The notes: a model not told the origin generated them from the letters alone. A stretch of DNA of 64,000 bases from an uncultured bacterium (GCA_937996685.1 CALKUP010000001.1:117571-181570); one strand, 5' to 3'. Counted from the stretch's first letter, positions 41,884 to 52,011 are shown. Program-made: numbers and translations.

Positions 41884-43527
41884 ATGAAACACCAACCATC
41901 ACAATTTGAAGAATCACTCGAGCAGCTATTACAGGCTACTCCGATTCCAGAACGAGCAGACCACACTGCAGAGTTGCGTGCACGCGTGTTGAACGACTAT
42001 CGTGAACGCCAGGTCCGTTATGCTGAACCAAAATTATCTTTTATGAATACAGTATTTCCACGTCTCTTTCTTGCAACCAGCGGCGCCGTTTCTGTCCTTG
42101 CAATAGGATTTGTCATTTTCAACCAACCGGTTGTTCAAACACAAGTCGCAAAACTGCGCGGCAATAGCAATGTAAACACTCCAACACATTCACTGCTATC
42201 TCAGCTGTCACCGAAAGAAGTACTAGCTGATTCACTAGCCGCAACAATCGGCGAGTTGAATGACACATCACAGTCGCACTATGTACATATGAAAACAACG
42301 TCAAAAAGTACAGATGGCACGATTGACTCGACAATTGATTTTCAATCATGGAAAGAGGGGCTTAATGTGCGCGTCAAAACAACGGATACAGATCACGTGA
42401 ATAATACAACTGGCATGACAACGCAACTCACTTCGTATGAGGCTGACGAAACGTCATGGAATTGTGTTGCTGATACAACCGGGACGGTGAGTGGCCCAGG
42501 TTACGATAATAATTCAGGTGTCTGCTTTCACTATGGAGCTCCTCAAGAATATAATCGTCAAGTATATACAAGTGCTCCAAGTCTCAGTTTAGAGAGTGTA
42601 TCCGCAACAGCTGCCCGTGCTGGAGACACGGTCGGTCCGACACAGCGAATCACAGTGACATTTCGTACAACGCAGCCATTATCGAATGAGGCGCTGATTG
42701 AATCCGTCAATTCTGATATTGCTGATTTAGGTGATGTCGTTTCCGGTGGTAACTTTTTTAACCATTCAGATGGATTGCTGCCGACAGAATATAATGCAAA
42801 AAAAGTGGGCGATCAATATGAGTACCGTGTTGTTATGGATCAAGCGTATGATATGCGAGGCGATGCTCCGACTGGATCTCAGACTTCGAAAGATACGCGA
42901 CGAAATTACATTCAAATTCTTGATGGCAATGCACATAGTCCGGTCTATCAAGTGAATATTGATACTGGTGATATCACGGAATTAACCACCGTTCAATTAC
43001 AACAATTAGTGTCCGCACAGCAACAAGCAAAGCGCGAAAAAGCACAACAGCAAGCAGGGCAAGTCACGCTGGCATCTGGATATGATCCATATGCTGATTT
43101 GCAAAACATCTATACAACCATGGAAAAAAATGGCCAAATTATAGATAGTGCAGAAGTGCAAGGTGATGATACAACTTTGTTGAAAGTTCATTATCGATAC
43201 ACAGAAATATACGGACCGCAGATTCCACAAGAAGAGGTTGATCGTCGTCTCAAAGAATCTCCATATACTGAAGTGAATATTTTTGTGGATTTAAAGACAA
43301 AAGAAGTGGTGCGTGTTGAGTATGTATTGCTGCCTTGGACACAAAACACATATACCACAGAGATTATTGAGTCAGCGTCCGTGGGCCCAGAAGAGTCAGG
43401 GCAATTGCTTGGTCCAGATCCGTTTACAATCGATACATGGAAAAACGAAACCCGTGATCTCTATAGCGAGCTCTATCCAGATCGTGGTGAGATTCAATTC
43501 ACCATGAAAGATATCGGCGAGTATTAA
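41884..43527 (+). CDS. Anti-sigma-factor-like single-pass membrane protein (copy 2).
   Basis: Same architecture as copy 1, with the TM helix LFLATSGAVSVLAIGFVIFNQPVV. It lies 6 nt after the sigma gene. Confidence 0.5.
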   Translation: MKHQPSQFEESLEQLLQATPIPERADHTAELRARVLNDYRERQVRYAEPKLSFMNTVFPRLFLATSGAVSVLAIGFVIFNQPVVQTQVAKLRGNSNVNTPTHSLLSQLSPKEVLADSLAATIGELNDTSQSHYVHMKTTSKSTDGTIDSTIDFQSWKEGLNVRVKTTDTDHVNNTTGMTTQLTSYEADETSWNCVADTTGTVSGPGYDNNSGVCFHYGAPQEYNRQVYTSAPSLSLESVSATAARAGDTVGPTQRITVTFRTTQPLSNEALIESVNSDIADLGDVVSGGNFFNHSDGLLPTEYNAKKVGDQYEYRVVMDQAYDMRGDAPTGSQTSKDTRRNYIQILDGNAHSPVYQVNIDTGDITELTTVQLQQLVSAQQQAKREKAQQQAGQVTLASGYDPYADLQNIYTTMEKNGQIIDSAEVQGDDTTLLKVHYRYTEIYGPQIPQEEVDRRLKESPYTEVNIFVDLKTKEVVRVEYVLLPWTQNTYTTEIIESASVGPEESGQLLGPDPFTIDTWKNETRDLYSELYPDRGEIQFTMKDIGEY

Positions 43528-43548
43528 GAGGTAAGAGATACAAGTAGC

Positions 43549-43578
43549 GTCCATACAAACCGTCACACATGTGGCGGT
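43549..43578 (+). terminator. Terminator-like hairpin after the second sigma/anti-sigma pair.
   Basis: aaaccgtc...ggcggttttt: a stem of about 7 bp (one mismatch) plus a T5 run. It overlaps the ORF-track start of 43569, which argues that uvrC starts at 43620. Confidence 0.4.
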
Positions 43579-43619
43579 TTTTGGTTGCCAAATCACTCAC
43601 GCTACCTTATATATACACT

Positions 43620-45254
43620 ATGGAGACACAGCAACCAGCAGATACAATTGCAAAGCTTGTTCAAGCACTTCCGATGAAGCCGGGTGTGTATCAGTTTTTT
43701 GATGCAGCTGGAAAGTTGTTGTATGTCGGTAAGGCGGTGAAATTGCGGTCACGTGTGCAATCCTATTTTCGCTCAAGCACAAATCATTCGCCAGCCAAAC
43801 AGTTTATGGTTGGAAAAATTGCGGATATCAAAACAATTACTGTCGACACAGAAGCCGAGGCATTACTGCTCGAAACAACACTGATTAAAAAACACAAACC
43901 GCCGTATAACATTGTCATGAAGGATGACAAAAATTTTCAATATATTCATATCACCGACGATCCGTTTCCGCGTATTGAAACAGTGCGTCAGTTGCCGAGT
44001 CTCGGAAAACGGCGCGGGAAATATTTTGGGCCGTATGTGTCCGGCTTTGCGGTGAAAAAAACCTTGCGGACAATGCAGATGGTGTTTCGATATTGCACAA
44101 CTCCTCCAGAAGTGAAGCGTGGTGTTGTGGTCTATCCGAAGCGACCGTGTTTGCAATACCAATTGGGGCGTTGTGTCGGGCCGTGCGCGCAAGCAGTGTC
44201 ACAAGAAGAATATGCAATCATATTTCGTGATATCGCTCGCATGCTCGCAGGCGACACAGAATATGTGATCGCTGATTTGCGTGAGCGAATGCAACAGGCG
44301 AGCGCCGCAAAACGGTTTGAAAAAGCAGCGGAATTACGTGATCAGCTGCAAGCGCTCGACCGATTATTTTTTGATCAAAAAGTGGTTGATGTCCGTGAAC
44401 AGTCGGTTGATGTCTTGTCACTGGCTCGAGTTGATGACACAGCGGCGGTGAATGTCTTTATTGTTCGTCATGGTCGATTGATTGCGCAGAATGTATTTTT
44501 ATTGCGACACGTGAAAGATCAATCTGATGATGATGTGCTCGAAGCGTTTCAAGATCAGTATTATCAAACAGCGCTTGAAAAACCAAAAGACATCATGACC
44601 AATCGGCAAGAGCGGCGTGGGAAAAATAAACAGTTGCTCGAAATGGGAGAAGCCAATGCATTGCAGGCGCTTGAAAATCATCTCGCCCGGTTTGAAAAAG
44701 AAGATAAACGCGCAAAACAGGGAATTGCGGAGCTCGCGACTGCTTTGGAGACGACTCCAGAAAAACTACATCGTATTGAAGTCTATGATATCTCACACAA
44801 TCAAGGTGCGTACACTGTTGCGTCGATGATTGTGTTTGTTGATGGCCGACCAGCGCCAAGCGAATATCGCAAATTCAAAATTCGAAGCGCGCGTGGAACA
44901 GGGAAGTCAGATGATTTTGCATCAATGCGTGAAGTGATCAATCGTCGCGTGAAACATATTAAGCGGAAACAAAAAGATATTGCCGATCCGTGGCCAACAC
45001 CAAGTTTGATTGTCATCGATGGAGGGAAAGGGCAGTTGTCATCCGCAAAAGCGATGCTTGATATCGCACATTTAGACATCCCAATTATTTCGCTTGCCAA
45101 GCGCATTGAAGAAATATTTTTGCCAGAAAATTCAACGCCGATTTTGTTGCCACGTGATTCGCAAGGGCTGTATTTGATGCAGCGTATGCGTGACGAAGCG
45201 CATCGATTTGCCATTGGGTTTTATCGAAAACGTCATTTAGCGGGATTAGTATAG
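43620..45254 (+). CDS. uvrC: Excinuclease ABC subunit C.
   Basis: The GIY-YIG domain is KPGVYQFFDAAGKLLYVGKAVKLRSRVQSYF. The UvrBC motif and C-terminal RNaseH-like/HhH region are present. The start is taken as METQQP. Confidence 0.9.
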   Translation: METQQPADTIAKLVQALPMKPGVYQFFDAAGKLLYVGKAVKLRSRVQSYFRSSTNHSPAKQFMVGKIADIKTITVDTEAEALLLETTLIKKHKPPYNIVMKDDKNFQYIHITDDPFPRIETVRQLPSLGKRRGKYFGPYVSGFAVKKTLRTMQMVFRYCTTPPEVKRGVVVYPKRPCLQYQLGRCVGPCAQAVSQEEYAIIFRDIARMLAGDTEYVIADLRERMQQASAAKRFEKAAELRDQLQALDRLFFDQKVVDVREQSVDVLSLARVDDTAAVNVFIVRHGRLIAQNVFLLRHVKDQSDDDVLEAFQDQYYQTALEKPKDIMTNRQERRGKNKQLLEMGEANALQALENHLARFEKEDKRAKQGIAELATALETTPEKLHRIEVYDISHNQGAYTVASMIVFVDGRPAPSEYRKFKIRSARGTGKSDDFASMREVINRRVKHIKRKQKDIADPWPTPSLIVIDGGKGQLSSAKAMLDIAHLDIPIISLAKRIEEIFLPENSTPILLPRDSQGLYLMQRMRDEAHRFAIGFYRKRHLAGLV

Positions 45255-45269
45255 TGTGTTCAATAAACG

Positions 45270-45295
45270 CAGGCTTGAAAAAAGCCTTGTTTTGT
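45270..45295 (+). terminator. Terminator after uvrC.
   Basis: Stem aggctt / aagcct followed by a T-rich tract. Confidence 0.5.
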
Positions 45296-45333
45296 GATAG
45301 AATAGATATAATTGCAAAATAAAAAGAAAAAAT

Positions 45334-46764
45334 ATGGCAAATCCAGAAGGAAAAGGACCACGTGCGCAGGTGGCAAAGCCAGTGCAAGTAGAAAAAATAA
45401 AACCAGCTGATTTGACGCATCCTGATTGGGATCGTTTAGACTTAGGTGAAGCATGGAATCAACCAACTGTTGCCGATGAAGTCGCTCAAGCAGATAAAAT
45501 GTTGACACAAGCTCGAGAGACTCTTCGAGATCGACGCCAAGATGAAAAAGTAGTTGCTCGCGCATATGCATCAGTAGATGCGAAGTCGCGTCAGGCTGCA
45601 GTTGGAACAACAGAATCATTTGATGTTGGAGATTTTCCTGATGATAGACCGCTTCCATTACTCGGTGAAGAAGATGATGAAACAGAGGATACATTTCAAT
45701 CGTTAGATGATGGTCCAGTTATTGACTTACCTGAGAAACGCAAAGCAAAAGATTTGCGTAAGCAAGGGCCAAAAACAGAATTACGAGAACCGCCAACACG
45801 AGAAGAGCGTGCAGCAGCTCGTGTATTTGAGATGCCAGCGTCGTCAATTGTAGAGCCTGCTGCAGTTGCGCCGATGCCAGAAGTTGCTCCACGCGCCTCT
45901 GAAGTCGCTTCTACTGAATTAGAGTGGATGACCGTTGAAGAAGCGGCGCCACTATCACAGTCTTTAGGCTTGTTTGATCGAGTAAAACAGGCAGCGTCTC
46001 AATTTACAAAACGTTGGAGTCGACGCTTTGCAGTGATTGGTGCATTGCTCGCACAGCCAGCAGCAGAAAAGCCGATTACAATGCCACAACCGCAAGAACA
46101 CATTGATGCAGTGCCTCAAGAAGCAGCGCCTGCGCCTGTTGTTGCGGAGGTCGCTCCAGTAGTACCAACACCAGAAGTTGTTCCAGTAGTGCCTCAAGCG
46201 CCTGAAGTGAGTGTGACAGTTCCAGTTGAATTGCCAGCCCAAGGCGTTGTGAGCATGCCGCGTGTTGACACTGCTTCATCAGCGCCAATAAAGACAACAT
46301 TGCCTGCAGCTGCTGCGCATATTGATGTTCGTGCGCCTCTACCTCAGGCTTCAGAAAAGCCACAAGTAGCGCCGAGTCCTGTAACAATCCCGCAACCTGC
46401 ACCTGATACAAATCCAGCAACCCGACCGACAGCTGATGCTGCTGCTCCAAAGCCGCCAGTCGTTGCGCCGGAGGTTCCAGCAACTCGTGAAGAATTGGCA
46501 AAACAAATGAATGCAGAATCACATGTTGATCAACTGTCTCCAGCAAAACAAATTGCCTATCTTGATAGCTTGTTTGATCAAACCGACGCGTCAAAACTCT
46601 TTTTACGCTTGAGTCCAACAAAACGTTTAGAAGTGTCTCGTGATTCACGTGGTGAATTATTTATTAAAACAGCGCGAGAAGGGAAGATTGAGCCATTAAC
46701 AGAAGAGGTCGTTGAAAAGATTGGAAAAAACTTGGCAGCATTGCGATATACCGTCGGTCGATAA
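45334..46764 (+). CDS. Hypothetical Pro/Ala/Val-rich protein.
   Basis: 476 aa with a long low-complexity PAPVVAEVAPVVPTPEVVPVVPQAPEV linker. No catalytic motif was seen. Confidence 0.5.
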   Translation: MANPEGKGPRAQVAKPVQVEKIKPADLTHPDWDRLDLGEAWNQPTVADEVAQADKMLTQARETLRDRRQDEKVVARAYASVDAKSRQAAVGTTESFDVGDFPDDRPLPLLGEEDDETEDTFQSLDDGPVIDLPEKRKAKDLRKQGPKTELREPPTREERAAARVFEMPASSIVEPAAVAPMPEVAPRASEVASTELEWMTVEEAAPLSQSLGLFDRVKQAASQFTKRWSRRFAVIGALLAQPAAEKPITMPQPQEHIDAVPQEAAPAPVVAEVAPVVPTPEVVPVVPQAPEVSVTVPVELPAQGVVSMPRVDTASSAPIKTTLPAAAAHIDVRAPLPQASEKPQVAPSPVTIPQPAPDTNPATRPTADAAAPKPPVVAPEVPATREELAKQMNAESHVDQLSPAKQIAYLDSLFDQTDASKLFLRLSPTKRLEVSRDSRGELFIKTAREGKIEPLTEEVVEKIGKNLAALRYTVGR

Positions 46765-46821
46765 CATTGACTTTTTCGAATTTTTGTGGTATGAATTGAA
46801 GTAATAACTTCTCTTATTTTT

Positions 46822-48837
46822 ATGTCATCCTACGAGAATCCTCCAAAACCAAAATCACAAGTAGATACAACTGACGGTTTAACTCCGGTGCAACGTGCAA
46901 AAGCTGCTCGAGAGGCAGCGGCGGTAACATTGGCTGATTCAAAGAACAGAATGCCTATTGCGACAGCGTATGAAGAGAATTCTGCTATTAATCATAGAGT
47001 TGAAACAAATGAAGCTGCGGCAATTGCTGCTGAAGAGGTTATTCGTGAAGCGGCAAAGCGTCGAGAAAGTGCACGTCGTGAAGCTGAGCTGGCAGCACGG
47101 TCTCGTGTTGAGATGGAAGAGTCAAAGATAGAGTGGCGAAAATGGATGGACGGTTTAATTGCCGAAGCATCAGTGGATGATGCACAATTTGTGTCAGGTC
47201 TTGAAAACATCCAAGCAGGAAATGATACGCATAGAGCAGAGCAGTCTAAAAAAAAAGCGGATCCGCTCGCTGATTTTGATATTCCAACACAAGATGTTGA
47301 TGTGTCTGAAGCAAAGGCTGTTGAGACAAGTTTTGATGATGTGCCAGATGGTTTTATTGAATTATCAAGTGAAGGAGATTTGGAAACAGGAGATAATGAC
47401 TATACGATTTCTGAATCGGATGCACCCGCGTCTGAAGTCACAGATGAGTCGATGACAGTATCAGCATCTGTTCTAGACACAACGCCAGGTAGGCAGCGAT
47501 TTAATCGTGCGCTTACTAAAGAGGAAGTAAAAAAAATTCTTGAGCAAACCGCAACAGATCCACGGTATCGTGAAGCGACAAATCCACGCGTGCCAAAAAA
47601 AATAAGCACAGCCGATGTGTCATCTGTCGCGAGCACTGCTCAAACAGAATTACCTCCAACGGAGCTGATTCCAGCGGTTGTTGATCCAAAAAAACCAACT
47701 CCAGCGACTGAGAAAAAAGCGCCAAGCCGAATTCGTGGCTGGTTGAAAAAAATCGGATTGTTATTTGGTATTGCTACGGCACTTGATAGTGCAGTGCAAC
47801 AACCACAAGAATATTCAACTGCGAGTGCTGATGTAGAAAACGCAACAACGATAATGGTTGATGACAAAGGCGTGCAAGAAGTTGAGCAAGTAGCCGATGT
47901 TGATTCAGTCGCGGAAGTGGCGCAGTCGTCATCTAATGAACAAGCGCCAGAAACAAATCTTGTGCGAACCAATATTGAAACAGGAGAAGGTGTGTCACAA
48001 GCGATGCTTCGCTTAGGATATGATATTTCTGATATTCAAGCGGCGTTGCAGTTGCCGGTAACCATTGGTTCTGAAACAAAAACACTGGGTGATGTATTTG
48101 TTGATGCGAAAGGCGGCGATCTTGGAATGACGATTACTGAAAATCCAGAAGGCGGAGTTGCAAGTGTTGATTTTTATTCCGTTGATGGTGATAAGACGCT
48201 AATGCCTGCTGCTGAGCTTTCAAGTGTTCTGCATTTTGTTGGATCTTCAGAGGCCGTGCCGCAAACGCAAGAGCCTGCAACGACAGTGGCGCCACAGGCA
48301 AGTGAACCTATGATGATCACAGCTCCTGCTACTACTGCAGTTGTTGATCGTGCTCCAGTGCAAGGAACGTCTGTTGCTGTTACTCCAGATATTCCACCTG
48401 CTCCAGTGATCAAGTCTGCTGATGCGCCAATGCTAGATCCAAAATTGCGTGAAGCTGTTATTGTGAAAAAACCAGAAGATAATCCAAATGATGATGAACA
48501 ACAGGTAGATACACCGGCTCAGATAAAAATGGACGGACCGGACCGGCGTTCATTTATGAATCCGGAACGACAACTTTCGGGACTTGAGGATATACTTGAT
48601 CAGATGGCGCCGGGAACAGAACTATATTATTCACCATTAGTATTCCGTATTCCAGAAGAAGAGGGTGAGGTGCAAATTCGACACATCGCTGATGCTCAGC
48701 ATTATTACAAAGTAACGCCGCTGTTACTTGAAACACTTGGGTTTGACTATCGCAAAGACTACGAAGATAAACGATTGAGTCGTGCATCATTCCGTGACAT
48801 TGTTGCTGGGCAAGGCCTTGATCCAATTCCGCGATAG
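46822..48837 (+). CDS. Hypothetical protein.
   Basis: 671 aa, acidic and low-complexity. No family was recognised. Confidence 0.5.
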   Translation: MSSYENPPKPKSQVDTTDGLTPVQRAKAAREAAAVTLADSKNRMPIATAYEENSAINHRVETNEAAAIAAEEVIREAAKRRESARREAELAARSRVEMEESKIEWRKWMDGLIAEASVDDAQFVSGLENIQAGNDTHRAEQSKKKADPLADFDIPTQDVDVSEAKAVETSFDDVPDGFIELSSEGDLETGDNDYTISESDAPASEVTDESMTVSASVLDTTPGRQRFNRALTKEEVKKILEQTATDPRYREATNPRVPKKISTADVSSVASTAQTELPPTELIPAVVDPKKPTPATEKKAPSRIRGWLKKIGLLFGIATALDSAVQQPQEYSTASADVENATTIMVDDKGVQEVEQVADVDSVAEVAQSSSNEQAPETNLVRTNIETGEGVSQAMLRLGYDISDIQAALQLPVTIGSETKTLGDVFVDAKGGDLGMTITENPEGGVASVDFYSVDGDKTLMPAAELSSVLHFVGSSEAVPQTQEPATTVAPQASEPMMITAPATTAVVDRAPVQGTSVAVTPDIPPAPVIKSADAPMLDPKLREAVIVKKPEDNPNDDEQQVDTPAQIKMDGPDRRSFMNPERQLSGLEDILDQMAPGTELYYSPLVFRIPEEEGEVQIRHIADAQHYYKVTPLLLETLGFDYRKDYEDKRLSRASFRDIVAGQGLDPIPR

Positions 48838-48859
48838 TAATGGACACACTAGGCAAATA

Positions 48860-48890
48860 AAAAATCGGGACACGCTCCCGATTTTTTATT
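48860..48890. terminator. Bidirectional terminator between the convergent genes.
   Basis: Stem atcggga / tcccgat with loop cacgc. It is flanked by A-runs and T-runs. Confidence 0.65.
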
Positions 48891-48908
48891 TCTTGTAGTA
48901 TTTGACTC

Positions 48909-49469
48909 CTACATGCCAAGCGCAAGAATTGCCTGTGACCAAGCAAGTGCGACAACAATAAAGACTGTCACAACAGTTGCAAGAACATACAGTTCGCCGA
49001 GTCGTGTGATTCTGTGCATGGCTGGGCTGTGAACGATTTGTTTTGCGGCTGTTTCGACTTGGAGTAATTCACGTTTCATTGTCACGGTAGCTGTTTTAGC
49101 AGGGGTGCGACGAGACGCTGTTTTTTTCACCGCTTTTTTTGCAGTAACCTTTTTCGCAACAGGCTTTTTGGCAGCAACTTTTTTTACAGTACGAGCTTTT
49201 TTTGTTTGCACAGCCTTTGCTGCTGTTGTTTTTGTGCTACGCTTTTTTGCTGAAGTTGCAGTTGTAGTAGATTTTTTCTTCGTTGTTCCGGTAGTCGTTT
49301 TCTTCACCGCTTTTTTTGCAGTAACCTTTTTCGCAACGGGTTTTTTGGCAGCAACTTTTTTTGCGCGCACTGTTTTTGTCATTGGCGCACTCGCAAGCGA
49401 CAACACTTCATCCTCGAGTGTGACTGTGCGCTTTCGATTTTGTTGTTGTTTTGGTTTTTGTACCGCCAT
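48909..49469 (-). CDS. Lys/Ala-rich histone-H1-like basic protein with a C-terminal TM anchor.
   Basis: 186 aa. The stretch TVKKVAAKKPVAKKVTAKKAVKKT occurs twice, encoded by a ~70-bp DNA direct repeat at about 49121-49190 and 49301-49370. The C-terminus is hydrophobic (LYVLATVVTVFIVVALAW). Confidence 0.55.
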   Translation of the reverse strand: MAVQKPKQQQNRKRTVTLEDEVLSLASAPMTKTVRAKKVAAKKPVAKKVTAKKAVKKTTTGTTKKKSTTTATSAKKRSTKTTAAKAVQTKKARTVKKVAAKKPVAKKVTAKKAVKKTASRRTPAKTATVTMKRELLQVETAAKQIVHSPAMHRITRLGELYVLATVVTVFIVVALAWSQAILALGM

Positions 49470-49527
49470 ATTTTTTATTCCTCCAAATAATTAGAGACAG
49501 TATATCGAATTTTTGTATTCCGTGCAA

Positions 49528-51735
49528 TTAATTCCACGGAGATTTCCAGACAGCAAGTTCTTTTGGAATTTCATCGAGAAAGCGTGACGGTGGATTGACG
49601 TGCATTTCTCCGTAGCGCATGCGTTGTGATGCGAATAAACAATACACTTGATGTTCCGCGCGAGTCAGTGCCACATAACATAGTCGACGTTCTTCTTCCA
49701 TTTCTTGTGGGTCAACCAGTGAGCGAGAGTGGGGGAATAATCCTTCTTCCATTCCAACGATAAAGACAATCGGAAATTCCAAACCTTTCGCCGCATGCAC
49801 AGTCATCAGTTTCACAGCATTTTCTGTTTCATCAACTTTGTCTTGATCAGACACTAATGCAACATCTTCTAAAAATGTTTGCAACCCTTCTTGTCCGCGT
49901 AAGTGCATGAATTTTTGTGTTACATTTTTCAATTCCAAGACATTTTCCCAACGCATTTCCGCTTCTTCTTTGGTTTCTGAAGTTTTTTCCAAATGCTCTT
50001 TAAAGCCAATTTCTGTTGTGAGTAATTGCAGAATTTCAGTTGGATTGAGTTCTGCCATTTTGTCATGAACAGTCGCGAGTTCCGCCGCGAATTGATAAAA
50101 CTTTTGTAACCGCGCACTTTGAATTTCCGGGATATCGTTTCGCGCCGCTTCAATGACCGTCATGTTTCGGGTTCGAGCGAATTGTTCAATTTTGAACCAG
50201 GTGCGATCACCAAGTCCGCGCGCTGGCACATTCACAATTCGTTCCATCGCCACCCAGTCACTCGGGTTAAACAACACTTTCATATACGCAAGCAAATCTT
50301 TGATTTCACGGCGTTCATAAAATCGTAAACCACCAATTAATTGATAGGGAACACCGTATGTCAAAAAGGCTTCTTCAAGCGGACGAGACTGCGCATTGGT
50401 GCGATATAACACAACGTACTTTGAAAAGTCGATGGAAGATTTATTGTTTTTGACGTAGTCCGCCAAGTCTGATGTTTCTTTATGTGCTTGAAACATTTTA
50501 CTGCCCATGATGCGGTCCAAAATACTTTCACCTGTTTGAATTGGTGTTTCGTCTGGATCTGGTTGCGCGTATTCATCGTCATACGTCACTTCATCATCAG
50601 AGCCGTCTGTTCCGCTGCCATCATGTTCTTTGATTTTTCCGGTAATCACTTCAACAATATATTTTCCTTCAGCGTCACCGTTTTCTAATTCACGAACAAT
50701 AATTGCATCACCGCCAGGATTTTCCGTCCACAACTTCTTTTTCTTTTGCTTTGGATTGTTCGCGATAATTGCGTTACTCGCGTTGAGAATTGTTTGGGTT
50801 GAGCGATAATTTTGTTCTAAGAAAATTTCAGTCGCATCAGGATAGTCTTTTTCAAATTCAAGAATGTTGCGAATGTCGGCTTGTCGCCATGAATAAATTG
50901 ATTGCGCGTCATCTCCAACGACGCAAATATTTTTGTGAGCAGCTGCGAGCATTGTCACGAGTTGGTATTGCGCTTGGTTGGTATCTTGGTACTCATCAAC
51001 CAAAATAAATTGCCATAAGTCTTGATATTTTTTGAGCACCTCTGGATATTGCTTGAACAGCTCAACGGTTTTCATGATCAAGTCATCAAAGTCGAGGGCG
51101 TTGTTGGTTTGTAAATCAGCTTGATATTTCGGATACACAACCGTCACTACTTCTGATAACGCATCTGAGCTTTCAGCGGCAACTTGCCCTGGAGTTTTTA
51201 ATTCATTTTTGGCTTTACTGATTTGCCAATGGACCAACGACGGCGCAATTTGTTTTGTGTCGTATCCATTATCCTTCATGATTTTTTTCACCAATGTCAG
51301 TTGTTCGTCTGAATCGTAAATCGTGAAATTGGTCTCATATCCAATGGCAGAAATTTCGCGGCGGAGAATACGGGAGCAAACCGAATGGAATGTGCCCATT
51401 ACTGGTGGGTGTTCCAATTTTCCAACCAACGCTTCCATCCGCTCTTGCATATTGCGCGCTGCCTTGTTTGTAAAGGTCACGGCGAGGATGTTCCATGGTT
51501 TTGCAAAACCACCAGCGACAAGATAGGCAATGCGATGCACCAAGGTTTTGGTTTTGCCAGAGCCAGCACCAGCGAGAATCAAGACTGGGCCGTGCATTGT
51601 TTCAGCGGCAAGACGTTGCTGTTCGTTTAATGAATGGAGGATTTGATCAGCGACAGAGTAGACGCCGACAGAGCCAGCAGAAGCAGGGGAGGGCGTTTGA
51701 GATTCGTTGGGAGTTGATTTGGATTTTTGAGACAT
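49528..51735 (-). CDS. pcrA: UvrD/PcrA/Rep-family ATP-dependent DNA helicase.
   Basis: Walker A is LILAGAGSGKTKTLVHRIAYLV. The SF1 helicase motifs, including VDEYQDTN and a C-terminal domain, are present. 735 aa. Confidence 0.88.
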   Translation of the reverse strand: MSQKSKSTPNESQTPSPASAGSVGVYSVADQILHSLNEQQRLAAETMHGPVLILAGAGSGKTKTLVHRIAYLVAGGFAKPWNILAVTFTNKAARNMQERMEALVGKLEHPPVMGTFHSVCSRILRREISAIGYETNFTIYDSDEQLTLVKKIMKDNGYDTKQIAPSLVHWQISKAKNELKTPGQVAAESSDALSEVVTVVYPKYQADLQTNNALDFDDLIMKTVELFKQYPEVLKKYQDLWQFILVDEYQDTNQAQYQLVTMLAAAHKNICVVGDDAQSIYSWRQADIRNILEFEKDYPDATEIFLEQNYRSTQTILNASNAIIANNPKQKKKKLWTENPGGDAIIVRELENGDAEGKYIVEVITGKIKEHDGSGTDGSDDEVTYDDEYAQPDPDETPIQTGESILDRIMGSKMFQAHKETSDLADYVKNNKSSIDFSKYVVLYRTNAQSRPLEEAFLTYGVPYQLIGGLRFYERREIKDLLAYMKVLFNPSDWVAMERIVNVPARGLGDRTWFKIEQFARTRNMTVIEAARNDIPEIQSARLQKFYQFAAELATVHDKMAELNPTEILQLLTTEIGFKEHLEKTSETKEEAEMRWENVLELKNVTQKFMHLRGQEGLQTFLEDVALVSDQDKVDETENAVKLMTVHAAKGLEFPIVFIVGMEEGLFPHSRSLVDPQEMEEERRLCYVALTRAEHQVYCLFASQRMRYGEMHVNPPSRFLDEIPKELAVWKSPWN

Positions 51736-51867
51736 AGTTCAAGCAGTGTAGCACAGTTTTGCTTTTCCCGAAAAATGCCCGAATAGGCATTGACTTTTTG
51801 CCCAAAATATGGTAACTAATAAGGAGTGCGGAATGCAATTTCGCATTTTTGCCCTTTTACAAAAAAC

Positions 51868-51929
51868 AGGATTGTTGCAGTTGGTTGACTCTAATATTAG
51901 TCAATAATCAATCAACCGCAGCAATCCTG
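51868..51929. promoter_or_regulatory. Nested inverted repeats in a divergent intergenic region. This is a candidate operator.
   Basis: The outer arms are AGGATTGTTGC at 51868-78 and GCAGCAATCCT at 51919-29. The inner palindrome TTGAC-TC-TAATATTA-GTCAA lies at 51885-51904. Confidence 0.4.
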
Positions 51930-52011
51930 AATATCGCATGCATCTGACAGATCCGTCGGGTGTGTGCAACGCATCGAACTGCCCAGCATTGACTGGGTTT
52001 TGGAGTCTCTC

